A DNA stretch of 57,124 bases from an uncultured Planctomycetia bacterium (GCA_964652265.1 CAZZAL010000005.1:1-57124), one strand, 5' to 3'; counted from the stretch's first letter, positions 6,428 through 15,567 are shown. The notes: generated by a model from the letters alone, not told the origin. Numbers and translations are program-made.

Positions 6428-6467
6428 AATGTCCTATAATTCTAACAAGCTCGCCCTAAAAAGTCAA
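6375..6467. repeat. 93-bp direct repeat, copy B (truncated tRNA-Pro plus duplicated promoter plus the real rdgB 3' end)
   Basis: Identical to 4477-4569. It includes the promoter copy TTGACT-17-TAGAAT at 6439-6467. Confidence 0.9.
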
Positions 6468-7055
6468 AACGTATCTTTTTACGATCTTCCTAGCCTTAAC
6501 CAATGCCCTGCTTCTATGGCTTATCCTGTTCTTCTGTCTTATCCCTAACTGGGCAAAGGTCTTCTTGTATCCATTTGGTATAAACACAGGGTCATATCCA
6601 AATCCAGCCTTACCCTTTGGTTCCAATCCGATCCTGCCTCTTGACCTTCCCTCTGCCAGACCAACCAGCCTGCCTTTATCAGCAACGGCCATAACACATC
6701 TAAATAAGGCGCCTCTTTTACCAGCCTGAAACCCCTTGAGCAGCCTTAATAATTTCTCATTGTTAGTGGCGTATGTAGCGCCTTTGCCTGAAAACCGCGC
6801 TGAATAAACACCAGGTTCCCCGCCAAGGACATTGACCTCCAGGCCAGAATCATCAGCAATCACAAACCTTTTTAAAAATCGCGAGACCTGTACTGCCTTT
6901 TTCTTTGCATTGGCCTCAAGAGTCGCACCATCTTCTTTGACTTCTGGCACATCCTTAAAATTATTTATCGAGAGTACCTTTACCGGCAGGCCCCTTAAAA
7001 GGGTTTTTATCTCTTTCAGCTTATGCTGGTTTCTCGTGGCAACAACAAGTTCCAT
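6456..7055 (-). CDS. rdgB: dITP/XTP pyrophosphatase RdgB (Ham1 family)
   Basis: 199 aa counted from the internal ATG at 7055 ([16 protein letters not shown]...FGYDPVF). The longer ORF-track version (to 7265) overlaps rph in another frame. The start overlaps the rph stop as TAATG. Confidence 0.85.
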   Translation of the reverse strand: MELVVATRNQHKLKEIKTLLRGLPVKVLSINNFKDVPEVKEDGATLEANAKKKAVQVSRFLKRFVIADDSGLEVNVLGGEPGVYSARFSGKGATYATNNEKLLRLLKGFQAGKRGALFRCVMAVADKGRLVGLAEGRSRGRIGLEPKGKAGFGYDPVFIPNGYKKTFAQLGIRQKNRISHRSRALVKARKIVKRYVLTF

Positions 7056-7777
7056 TATAGATCTATTTTTAAAATCTTGCGCTGTATGGTAATGAGTTGT
7101 GCGATGCCTTTTTCTGCAAGCAAGATCAACCTGTCCAGTTCCTTTTTGGAAAACGGGTTCTTTTCTGCCGTACCCTGAACTTCTATCAATTTTTTTGCGC
7201 CTGTCATGACTATATTCATATCCACCTCTGCCTTTGAATCCTGTCCATAATCCAGATCCAGGCACGGTTCACCATCTACGATACCGACGCTGACGGCAGC
7301 GACATAATCATTCACAGGGAGTTCTGCAAAAATATTTTCTCTTTTTAAAGTCAAAAGTGCATCTATAAGTGCAATAAAGCTTCCTGTAATGCTTGCCGTA
7401 CGCGTGCCTCCATCGCCCTGTATCACATCACAGTCAATCCAGACAGTTCTTTCGCCTAGCTTATCAAGATCCACCACTGAGCGCATACTTCTTCCAATAA
7501 GCCGCTGTATCTCTTGCGTACGGCCACTCAGCTTTCCGACAGAAGATTCCCTGCGTATCCTGGTATTGCATGAACGCGGCAACATCCCATATTCTGCCGT
7601 CACCCATCCCTTACCTGTATTTCGTAAAAAAGGTGGGACCTTGCCTTCTATTGAAGCCGTGCAAATGACTTTTGTGTTTCCGACTTCTATCATGCACGAA
7701 CCCTCTGCAAACTTCATGACATTTCTTTTTATCTTGATCTTCCTCATCTGATCCAGTTTACGACCATCATCCCTCAT
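7055..7777 (-). CDS. rph: ribonuclease PH
   Basis: RNase PH signature throughout ([14 protein letters not shown]..., [30 protein letters not shown]). The ATG at 7777 is preceded by GGAGGAAGAG. The ORF also extends to an ATG at 7789. Confidence 0.9.
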   Translation of the reverse strand: MRDDGRKLDQMRKIKIKRNVMKFAEGSCMIEVGNTKVICTASIEGKVPPFLRNTGKGWVTAEYGMLPRSCNTRIRRESSVGKLSGRTQEIQRLIGRSMRSVVDLDKLGERTVWIDCDVIQGDGGTRTASITGSFIALIDALLTLKRENIFAELPVNDYVAAVSVGIVDGEPCLDLDYGQDSKAEVDMNIVMTGAKKLIEVQGTAEKNPFSKKELDRLILLAEKGIAQLITIQRKILKIDL

Positions 7778-7791
7778 CTCTTCCTCCATGA

Positions 7792-8283
7792 TTAAGCTAC
7801 GATTGCTGGAAAATCCTTTAATATTAACCTGCGTATCGCTTCTGTGCCCAGGTCCTTGTAAGCAATGACACTACTGGATATAACTTTCTCCGACAAATAC
7901 GCCCCAGCACCTCCGATTGTCACAAAATATACTGCCCCTGATCTTTTTACCAGGGCCTTGACTTCTTTTGAGCGCTCGCCTTTCCCTATCATACCCAGAA
8001 GCCCATGTTTTAATAAAATAGAGACAAACGGATCCATCCTGGAGCTCGTTGTAGGACCGCACGAACCAATCACCCGCCCTTTTCTTGCAGGCGTAGGCCC
8101 TGTATAATATATCGTTTCGCCTTTAATAGAAACCGGCGCCCTCTTCTTTGATCTCAATGCATCTGCTAGTCTCTTATGAGCCGCATCCCTGGCAGTTAAA
8201 ACAGGACCGTTCAACAGCACCTCTTCGCCTCTCCTTAATGTCTTTATGATATTTTTAGTCAATGGTAGATATATTCTCTTCAT
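7792..8283 (-). CDS. Fe-S hydro-lyase beta subunit (class I fumarate hydratase / tartrate dehydratase C-terminal domain type)
   Basis: 163 aa with the GPTTSSRMD motif of the FumA/TtdB C-terminal domain. Overlaps the alpha-subunit gene by 4 nt. Confidence 0.8.
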   Translation of the reverse strand: MKRIYLPLTKNIIKTLRRGEEVLLNGPVLTARDAAHKRLADALRSKKRAPVSIKGETIYYTGPTPARKGRVIGSCGPTTSSRMDPFVSILLKHGLLGMIGKGERSKEVKALVKRSGAVYFVTIGGAGAYLSEKVISSSVIAYKDLGTEAIRRLILKDFPAIVA

Positions 8284-9119
8284 ATCGTTTTTCCCGCGTC
8301 TCTTGTCGCATGACAGCTTATATTAAGAGCAACAGGAAGCCCTGCTATATGCGTAGGATAACTCAAGATGCTTACACCCAAAGCTGTGGTATTTCCCCCT
8401 ACTCCCATTGGACCTATTTTTAACCTATTTATTTTCTTTAGTATACTTTTTTCCATTTTTGCAATGTGCGGTTTTTTACTGCTACTACCGATCTTTCTTA
8501 AAACAGCTTCCTTGGAAAGAGAAACTGCCTTATCAAGCGTACCGCCAATGCCTATGCCTATATATAGAGGAGGACATGCCTTTGATCCTATACCTCTGAC
8601 AACATCCACGATAAAGTCCTCTATGCTAGACCCTGAATCCGTAGGCCTGAACATCTTGATGTTTGAAGTATTCTCGCAGCCAAATCCCTTTACTACAATT
8701 CTTACCTCTATTTTATTCCCCGGGGTAATCTTAGTATAGACTATTGGAGGAAGATTAGTATTCGTATTCTTCCTCAGGAGAGGATCCCTCACGACAGATT
8801 TTCTGAAGTAGCCCTCCTTATAAGCTACAGCCACTCCTTCCTCTACAGCCTTTTTAATATCCCCTTTTATCATCACACTCTGGCCTACTTTAAGATACAC
8901 TATCACCATGCCTGTATCCTGACATATGGGAAGTTTCTTTCTTTTTGCAATCAATGCATTGTCAATAATTATATCCAGGACACGCCGCGCTTTGAGACTT
9001 TTCTCTTTAGCCCTCGCGCGCTTTAATAGAGACAATACATCTCCTCTTAGTTGGAGATTCGCTTTTATGCACAGCTCCTTCACTACCTTTTTTATAAGCT
9101 CAGCTTTTATGATCCTCAT
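8280..9119 (-). CDS. Fe-S hydro-lyase alpha subunit (class I fumarate hydratase N-terminal domain type)
   Basis: About 279 aa with the CQDTGMV motif. The ATG at 9119 overlaps the queE stop (TGATG). The ORF track begins one codon earlier at a GTG. Confidence 0.8.
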   Translation of the reverse strand: MRIIKAELIKKVVKELCIKANLQLRGDVLSLLKRARAKEKSLKARRVLDIIIDNALIAKRKKLPICQDTGMVIVYLKVGQSVMIKGDIKKAVEEGVAVAYKEGYFRKSVVRDPLLRKNTNTNLPPIVYTKITPGNKIEVRIVVKGFGCENTSNIKMFRPTDSGSSIEDFIVDVVRGIGSKACPPLYIGIGIGGTLDKAVSLSKEAVLRKIGSSSKKPHIAKMEKSILKKINRLKIGPMGVGGNTTALGVSILSYPTHIAGLPVALNISCHATRDAGKTI

Positions 9120-9790
9120 CACTTCACCCCTAAAATCTTATGAACTTGAGGTATGATCCTGACATCATTTAATCTACCTCTGGCGCTATCAAAAAAATCT
9201 CCTAATAAACTGATCTTTTCAATATTACCATTATAACTTACAGGCTGGATAATAAAAGGTATATTTTCATCCAAATCATTTACAATAGAAACAGCCATCT
9301 CTACGTCTAAAGGAATAGTCTCTGGAGTGATAATCGACTTCACAAAGACCTCTTTTTTAATAGCCTCTTTCAAAAACATTGTGTGTGCCTTCCAATGCGG
9401 AACGCACCCTGTTGAAGAAGGGAGTTTTATATCCATGCTTATAACATCGACATAATCCAGCACCTCTAAAAGCTCATCTTTTAATATACCGTTTGTCTCA
9501 AGGTATATCCTCAAGTCTTTTTCCTTTAAAACCAATAAAATCTCTTTTAAAAAATCTGTCTGCAAGAGCGGCTCGCCACCTGTAAAAGATACAGTCCTTC
9601 TTTCTTCATCAATAATCTTTTTAATGACCTCGCTAGGTGTATATTCCAAAAGATTCGTTTTTTTTCTCTCATCGCAGAATTTGCATGAAAGATTGCATCC
9701 AAAAAACCTCACAAAGACCTGTTCCTCGCCTACATAAGGCCCCTCACCCTGAATCGAACTGAATATCTCTGTGATCTTAGCCTTTAACAT
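9119..9790 (-). CDS. queE: 7-carboxy-7-deazaguanine synthase QueE (radical SAM)
   Basis: 223 aa with IFSSIQGEGPYVGEEQVFVRFFGCNLSCKFCD. Confidence 0.9.
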   Translation of the reverse strand: MLKAKITEIFSSIQGEGPYVGEEQVFVRFFGCNLSCKFCDERKKTNLLEYTPSEVIKKIIDEERRTVSFTGGEPLLQTDFLKEILLVLKEKDLRIYLETNGILKDELLEVLDYVDVISMDIKLPSSTGCVPHWKAHTMFLKEAIKKEVFVKSIITPETIPLDVEMAVSIVNDLDENIPFIIQPVSYNGNIEKISLLGDFFDSARGRLNDVRIIPQVHKILGVK

Positions 9791-10407
9791 AATCTCTCTA
9801 AAGCCTTGGACCTTAAAAGGCAGGCGTCACACTTAAGGCAAGGTTTCCTGTTGCCTTTATAACATGACCATGTGAGCTCGAATGGCACGCCCAAACTTTT
9901 ACCTATCCTCGCTATCTCTTTTTTTCCCTTATACAAAAGTGGTGTTTCTATCTTGATTTTACTGGCCTTTGTGGCCTTTCCTGCCAACTCGTTAAACCTT
10001 TTAAAATATAGGGGTCTACAATCAGGATATCCTGAAAAATCCCTGGCATTCGCGCCAATAAAAATAGCCTTTGCGCCTATTGCCTCGGCAAACGACATCG
10101 CAAAACTGATAAAAATAGTATTGCGAGCCGGCACATAAGTACTAGGGATCCCTGAAAATTTCTTACGTTCAGGCACATGCAATGTCTTATCCAGAAGAGC
10201 GCTACCTTTCCACGGTAGTCTTATCTTTAAAACAAAATAATCTGCTTTTACGCGTCTTGCAAGCCTCCTTGCAAAACCTATTTCTTTTCTGTGCCGCTGA
10301 CCATAGTCAAAAATAAGACAATGTGCTTTATAGCCTTTTTTTCTGGCCAGGTAAAGAGCAACTGCTGAATCCATGCCTCCTGAAAGTAGCACTACTGCTT
10401 TTTTCAT
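9784..10407 (-). CDS. queC: 7-cyano-7-deazaguanine synthase QueC
   Basis: 207 aa with the PP-loop motif LLSGGMDS and the C-terminal Zn cluster CYKG...CLKCDAC. Confidence 0.9.
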   Translation of the reverse strand: MKKAVVLLSGGMDSAVALYLARKKGYKAHCLIFDYGQRHRKEIGFARRLARRVKADYFVLKIRLPWKGSALLDKTLHVPERKKFSGIPSTYVPARNTIFISFAMSFAEAIGAKAIFIGANARDFSGYPDCRPLYFKRFNELAGKATKASKIKIETPLLYKGKKEIARIGKSLGVPFELTWSCYKGNRKPCLKCDACLLRSKALERLC

Positions 10408-10410
10408 CTT

Positions 10411-11286
10411 TTATGCCCGTGGATGTGTTTTTTCGTAAACTCTCTTTAAATGCTCGGTTGAAACGTGTGTATAAATCTGCGTAGTGGAAAGATTTGCATG
10501 TCCCAGAAGCTCCTGTACTGACCTTAGATCCGCTCCCCTGTCCAAAAGATGCGTTGCAAAAGAATGTCTCAGAGAATGCGGTGATATCTTTTCGCTCAAG
10601 CTGGTCTTTCGAATATATTTTTCAACAACCCTCCTGACAGCCCTATCACTCATACGCCTTCCGCTCTTATTCAAAAAAACAGCCTTTTTCTCTTTTATCT
10701 TTGAAACCCCTAGTTTTTCAAGATAACTCCGAACCGCCCTCAATGCCCTGTCACCTATCGGAGCCAGGCGCTCCTTTTTGCCCTTGCCAAAGACCTTGAG
10801 TACCCCGCTTATAAAATCAACGTTCTCCTTATTGAGTCCCACTAGTTCACTCACCCTTAAACCGCTGGAATAAAGAGTTTCCAGTATAGCCCTGTCCCTC
10901 TTCCCGTACACATCAGAGATATCGGGAGATTCAATAAGCTTTACGACCTTGTCCACATCTAAAAAAATAGGCAGTCTTTTTTCCTGCTTCGGAGTCTGCA
11001 GCCCCGCAGCAGGATTAGACTTTATATACCCTTCCCTGCAAAGAAATCGAAAAAAACTCCTTAAACATGCCATTTTCCTCGCCACAGAACGTTTTGAAAG
11101 CTTTTTTTCCTTCATGCGAGCCAGAAACAACCTCACATCCGTATGGCTGATCTTCTCCAGGGGCTTTTCCTTTAGTGAAGCATTGAACTCCTTTAGATCT
11201 ATCTGGTAATTTGTAATGGTATGAGGCGAGGCATTCTTTTCAATCTTAAGGTAGGTTATAAATTTTTGTATATAGCGATCCAACAT
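10411..11286 (-). CDS. xerC: tyrosine recombinase XerC/XerD
   Basis: 291 aa with the catalytic region HSLRHSFATHLLDRGADLRSVQELLGHANLSTTQIYTHV. Housekeeping context next to topA-dprA. Confidence 0.85.
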   Translation of the reverse strand: MLDRYIQKFITYLKIEKNASPHTITNYQIDLKEFNASLKEKPLEKISHTDVRLFLARMKEKKLSKRSVARKMACLRSFFRFLCREGYIKSNPAAGLQTPKQEKRLPIFLDVDKVVKLIESPDISDVYGKRDRAILETLYSSGLRVSELVGLNKENVDFISGVLKVFGKGKKERLAPIGDRALRAVRSYLEKLGVSKIKEKKAVFLNKSGRRMSDRAVRRVVEKYIRKTSLSEKISPHSLRHSFATHLLDRGADLRSVQELLGHANLSTTQIYTHVSTEHLKRVYEKTHPRA

Positions 11287-11300
11287 ATGCTTTCATCATG

Positions 11301-13289
11301 CTACGCATTCTGAGAAGGCAACCTCCGTGACATATATCTGCACTTTGGATAATTCGAGCAACCGTAGAAATGACTGCCTCTTTTAGAGCGCTTTTCAGTA
11401 AGCCTGCCGTCGCAACCTGGCTCAGGGCACGTGACTGTTGTGGGGATTGACTTTGCAAATCTGCAGTTTGGAAAATCAGAACAGCTCAAGAACCTCCCCA
11501 TCCTGCCCCACTTTATGACCATGGGTTTACCGCACTTCTCGCATACCTCAGAGGTAGGAACTGCTTCACCTTTGACCTTCCTCATATTTACCTTGGCAAG
11601 TGAAAGGTCTTTTTCAAACGGCGCGTAGAAATCCTTCAGTACCTCGATTTTTTTCTTAGTGCCTTCCTCTACTTCATCAAGTTCCTCTTCCATCTTGGCA
11701 GTAAATTTATAATCCAGGATATCCCCGAAATTCTTTATCAAGAGATCATTCACGACCATGCCTAATTCAGACGGATGTAGATACCCTTCTCTTCTTTTAA
11801 CATAATTACGCGTGACAATCGTATAGATAATAGGTGCGTACGTACTAGGCCTACCTATGCCGTATTCCTCCAATGCCTTTACTAAAGATGCATCAGAAAA
11901 CCTGGCAGGGGGTTTTGTAAAATGCTGACTCGGAATCAATTTTATAAGGGTAAGCTTTTCCTCAACAGATAACGGAGGAAGAAGCTTTTCTTTTTTCTCT
12001 TCTTTCTTTTCCTCGCTTTCTCCATCTTCTTCATAGATGACACTAAAACCCGCGAATATCTTCTGCGAGCCATTTGCCTTAAAAATACACCTGCCTGCCT
12101 TTATCTCTACTGTTACTACTGAAAATACTGCTGGCGTCATCTGGCTCGATACAAAACGATTCCATATAAGTGTATAGAGCTTATACTGGTCCTCGTTTAA
12201 GTAAGCCTTTATGCTCTCAGGTTCTCTTAAGGGTAACGACGGCCTTATGGCCTCGTGTGCTTCCTGCGCACTCTTCTTTGACTTAAACTTATTTGGTTTT
12301 TCTGGCGTATAGCCTTTACCATATTTTTTCAATATATAAGCCTTTGCAGCGTCTGTCGAGTCTTTCGACAGCCTCACGGCATCAGTTCGCATATAGGTAA
12401 TAAGACCTACGTTTTCTTCTTCATCTATCTCAAGGCCTTCGTATAATTGCTGGGCTGTGCGCATTGTCTTTGCCGCAGGAAACCTAAGTTTATAAAATGC
12501 CTCCTGCTGGAGCTTGGAGGTCGTAAATGGTGCCTGGGCATATCTCTTCTTTTCTTTCTTCTGGACATCCTTGACAATAAAATCTTCTTTTTCTAATCCT
12601 TTTACTATTTCCTGCGACTCTTTTTCTTTGTGAAGTTTTACTTTTTTCCCGTCGAGTTTATCAAGCTTTGCAATAAAGTTTGAGTTCGGAGTCCCCTTTG
12701 AAAGCTCGGCCTCTACATCCCAATATTCCTGAGATACAAATGCCCTTATCTCGTTTTCCCTCTCAGCGATCATCCTGACAGCAACCGACTGCACCCTGCC
12801 GGCTGAAAGGCCTCTTCCGACCTTTCTCCATAAAAGCGGGCTTATGCTATATCCGACAAGCCTGTCTAGGATCCTCCTTGCCTGCTGCGCATCGACCTTG
12901 TGGATATCGATCTTACCTGGATGTTTAACTGCCTCCAGTATGGCATTCTTTGTGATCTCATGAAACGCTATCCTGTGTATACTCTTTTTCTTCCCGAGGA
13001 TATTATAAAGGTGCCAGCTTATGGCCTCTCCCTCTCTATCAGGATCCGTGGCAAGAAAGATCTTTTGCTTGCCCTGCGCATCCTTCTTTAAGAGAGCAAT
13101 AGCCTTTTTCTTCTTTGGGAGCACGACATACTTGGCTTGGAAGTCATGCTCTACATCAATGCCCATCTTGGATCCTGGAAGATCCATAACATGCCCCATT
13201 GAAGAACGCACGATAAAATCCTTACCCAGGATCTTATTTATTGTATTGGCCTTGGCAGGCGATTCTACTATAACAAGTGACTTAGCCAT
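11301..13289 (-). CDS. topA: DNA topoisomerase I
   Basis: 662 aa with the Toprim N-terminus SLVIVESPAKANTI, DPDREGEAISWH, the active-site region YMRTD, and C-terminal CxxC zinc ribbons. Confidence 0.92.
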   Translation of the reverse strand: MAKSLVIVESPAKANTINKILGKDFIVRSSMGHVMDLPGSKMGIDVEHDFQAKYVVLPKKKKAIALLKKDAQGKQKIFLATDPDREGEAISWHLYNILGKKKSIHRIAFHEITKNAILEAVKHPGKIDIHKVDAQQARRILDRLVGYSISPLLWRKVGRGLSAGRVQSVAVRMIAERENEIRAFVSQEYWDVEAELSKGTPNSNFIAKLDKLDGKKVKLHKEKESQEIVKGLEKEDFIVKDVQKKEKKRYAQAPFTTSKLQQEAFYKLRFPAAKTMRTAQQLYEGLEIDEEENVGLITYMRTDAVRLSKDSTDAAKAYILKKYGKGYTPEKPNKFKSKKSAQEAHEAIRPSLPLREPESIKAYLNEDQYKLYTLIWNRFVSSQMTPAVFSVVTVEIKAGRCIFKANGSQKIFAGFSVIYEEDGESEEKKEEKKEKLLPPLSVEEKLTLIKLIPSQHFTKPPARFSDASLVKALEEYGIGRPSTYAPIIYTIVTRNYVKRREGYLHPSELGMVVNDLLIKNFGDILDYKFTAKMEEELDEVEEGTKKKIEVLKDFYAPFEKDLSLAKVNMRKVKGEAVPTSEVCEKCGKPMVIKWGRMGRFLSCSDFPNCRFAKSIPTTVTCPEPGCDGRLTEKRSKRGSHFYGCSNYPKCRYMSRRLPSQNA

Positions 13290-13340
13290 GCATTAACCTC
13301 TTTCTTTAACAAATATATACTGTGTTTCGCTAGATAATAG

Positions 13341-13369
13341 ATTATATACTAAAGTTTCGGTTTTGTCCA
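13341..13369 (-). promoter_or_regulatory. sigma70-like promoter upstream of topA
   Basis: Minus strand reads TGGACA (13369-13364), a 17-nt spacer, then TATAAT (13346-13341). Confidence 0.55.
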
Positions 13370-13394
13370 ATTTAGATACGCTTATCCTCCCATC

Positions 13395-14285
13395 CTACCC
13401 TAACCCTCCCTCTATCTGAAAATCCAGCTCTTCCAGTATATCATTCGCTGTTTCAACGAGTTTTGCGCCTTGTTTAATGAGTCTATTGGTGCCCCTTGAG
13501 GTAATCGAATCCACTTTGCCTGGGACAGCAAATACCTCCCTACCTTCTTCCATGGCAATGTCGCTCGTAATAAGCGCTCCACTCCTTTGGGCTGCCTCAA
13601 CAACAACCACGCCTAAAGACAAGCCACTTATGATCCTGTTTCTCTTTGGAAAATTCCCTCTTTCAGGTATTGTCCTCATTGGAAATTCCGAGATCACGGC
13701 TCCGTTCTCAGAAATCTCCTCAGCTAGACCCCTGTGCTCCTTAGGATATATATTTAATAGGCCAGAACCTAGGACAGCCAGCGTCCTTCCGCCTGCCTTT
13801 AACGCTCCCCTATGTGCACTCGAATCAATACCCCTTGCAAGCCCTGAAACCACAGTAACGCCTCTGGAGGCCAGCTCAAAACCCAAGCGCTCTGCCTGCT
13901 GTATGCCATAAAAAGACGCGAGCCGCGAACCTACTATAGCGATCGCCGCATCATCCTGCGGCACCAGGTCTCCTAAAACATACAACGCAATAGGTGGGTC
14001 ATATATATTCTTCAAGTTCTTGGGATAGCCTTTGTCCAAAAAACTTACTATCTTGATATTATACCTTTTTATCAGGTCTAGTTCTTTTTTCAGGTCTATC
14101 CTCCTAATCGACTGGATTATTTCAAACGCTATCTTTTCTCCTATACCCTTTACCTCTTTAAGGCCTCTCTCTTTTGCCTGAAATATCTCCTCTAAAGACC
14201 CAAAATGCTTCAAGAGAGCCTGCGTCCTCACGCTACCTAGATTCTCTACCATATTAAGAATAAGAAATCTCTCAGTGTCATTCAT
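13395..14285 (-). CDS. dprA: DNA-processing protein DprA (Smf)
   Basis: GSRLASFYG and GLARGIDSSAHRGAL motifs. The maximal ORF opens with TTG at 14324. The ATG at 14285 (MNDTERFLILNM...) is taken as the start. Confidence 0.85.
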   Translation of the reverse strand: MNDTERFLILNMVENLGSVRTQALLKHFGSLEEIFQAKERGLKEVKGIGEKIAFEIIQSIRRIDLKKELDLIKRYNIKIVSFLDKGYPKNLKNIYDPPIALYVLGDLVPQDDAAIAIVGSRLASFYGIQQAERLGFELASRGVTVVSGLARGIDSSAHRGALKAGGRTLAVLGSGLLNIYPKEHRGLAEEISENGAVISEFPMRTIPERGNFPKRNRIISGLSLGVVVVEAAQRSGALITSDIAMEEGREVFAVPGKVDSITSRGTNRLIKQGAKLVETANDILEELDFQIEGGLG

Positions 14286-14368
14286 AGCTTCTATATAGAC
14301 AAGGGACGCCAAAAATTCTTTCAATTTTCTACATTAATTAAAAATCAGTGCGGATAAAAACTGGCAGG

Positions 14369-14869
14369 TCAAGATATAATACTCTGTATCTTCTGGACTA
14401 CTCCTTCTACGTTCAAATCATCCGTATTTACGCGGTGGTCTGCTTTTTTATAATAAGTCGCTCTTTCCTCCAGCAATTCCTCTATCCTTTTCTTCGGATC
14501 AGGAACATTCAAAAGAGGCCGGCATGTGTTGCCTTTTGTACGCTCTAGTATGACACCTGGGGATGCCTCAAGACAGATGATCGTGCCGTTTTTCTTGAGC
14601 GCCTTGAGGTTTTCCTCATCAATAATCGCTCCTCCTCCCGCAGAGATTATCTGTCCGTCTTTCTTTATGGCTTCTTTGACTGCAGCCCTTTCAAGCTCTC
14701 TAAAATATACCTCGCCCTTATTTTTAAATATCTCTTTGATGGAGGAACCTTCTCTTTTTTCTATAATACCGTCGAGTTCCAGGAATTCGCGGCCCAGTTT
14801 TTTTGCAAGGGTTTTTGCAACAACGCTCTTACCCGTTCCCATAAAACCAACCACTACTATATTTTTCAT
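14369..14869 (-). CDS. aroK: shikimate kinase
   Basis: 166 aa with the P-loop GFMGTGKS and GGGAI. Confidence 0.9.
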   Translation of the reverse strand: MKNIVVVGFMGTGKSVVAKTLAKKLGREFLELDGIIEKREGSSIKEIFKNKGEVYFRELERAAVKEAIKKDGQIISAGGGAIIDEENLKALKKNGTIICLEASPGVILERTKGNTCRPLLNVPDPKKRIEELLEERATYYKKADHRVNTDDLNVEGVVQKIQSIIS

Positions 14870-14885
14870 GCTTCACCTCTTTATA

Positions 14886-14914
14886 ATTATAAACTAATTT
14901 GACACTTTTTACAA
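14886..14914 (-). promoter_or_regulatory. sigma70-like promoter of aroK
   Basis: Minus strand reads TTGTAA (14914-14909), a 17-nt spacer, then TATAAT (14891-14886). It is followed by the RBS AGAGGTG and the ATG. Confidence 0.5.
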
Positions 14915-14970
14915 CGGCAAAGACGTAATAATGCTTGCATGTCATGCGCCTATATGGTATGCTTTTAAAA

Positions 14971-15567
14971 ATGAAAACTGCATTGAAATTCTTTTTAATC
15001 TCAATAGTCTTCCAGCTTTTCCTTGTAAATTCTGTGTTTTCGCTGGATCTAAACACCAGGGATGAATATCTCCTTGATACAAGAGGTGACGACGGAGACA
15101 TCTGCCGAAGTTACATCACGCTCAACAAAAAAATTGAATCTCCAGAGATAGAAATATCCGCATTCATAGATTCGCAGTGGAATCTGGAAACAGATGCGTG
15201 GGAAAAAGTCTTACTAGGCGTAGAAGTCAGAAAATCTCTATGGAAATATCTCCATGTAGGACAATCCCTACAGTTCATATCAGGAGAGATGCTCGATTAT
15301 ATGGCATTTGATATAGGCGCCAGGAGTTACGATACAACTACCAAAATAGGAGTGGATATACCCTTTCTAAAGTATTTTTCCTTCCGTGCTTTTGAAGAAT
15401 ATTCAATAAACCTTGAGGAATTCCGAGATGAATATAACGAGGTAGGAGTTGAAGTAGTTTACACTCCGAAAAAATTATTTTCTATCTCTCTAGGCTGGCG
15501 CCACACAGACAGGATACATAACTTCGACACTGATTACGCCAGCATGTCTTTATCATTTCACTTTTAA
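14971..15567 (+). CDS. hypothetical secreted protein, probable small outer-membrane beta-barrel
   Basis: This is the only plus-strand gene. Signal-like N-terminus MKTALKFFLISIVFQLFLVNSVFS, alternating beta-strand-like pattern, and C-terminal ...MSLSFHF ending in Phe. The maximal ORF opens with TTG at 14935. Its 3' end overlaps aroC convergently by 15 nt. Confidence 0.55.
   Translation: MKTALKFFLISIVFQLFLVNSVFSLDLNTRDEYLLDTRGDDGDICRSYITLNKKIESPEIEISAFIDSQWNLETDAWEKVLLGVEVRKSLWKYLHVGQSLQFISGEMLDYMAFDIGARSYDTTTKIGVDIPFLKYFSFRAFEEYSINLEEFRDEYNEVGVEVVYTPKKLFSISLGWRHTDRIHNFDTDYASMSLSFHF

Noticed and set aside
7055-7265. N-terminal 70-aa extension of the 6456..7265 ORF ([15 protein letters not shown]...), which overlaps rph.
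   Set aside because: The extension is low-complexity and lies entirely inside the well-supported rph reading frame in another phase. The Ham1/RdgB homology begins at MELVVATRN (the ATG at 7055), which is coupled to the rph stop as TAATG.
10411-11286. The tyrosine recombinase as a candidate integrase for the AbiE cassette or other mobile DNA.
   Set aside because: It lies 4 kb away and is separated from the cassette by six housekeeping genes. It has the standard XerC/XerD length and catalytic block, and it sits in the common xerC-topA-dprA neighbourhood. No repeats flank it.
11246-11458. A 70-aa minus-strand ORF bridging the topA 3' end and the xerC start.
   Set aside because: It overlaps both well-supported genes out of frame and shows no independent signal.
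14829-15101. A 90-aa minus-strand ORF spanning the aroK / OMP-like divergent region.
   Set aside because: It overlaps the aroK start, the aroK promoter and the signal-peptide region of the plus-strand ORF. It has no motif and no RBS.
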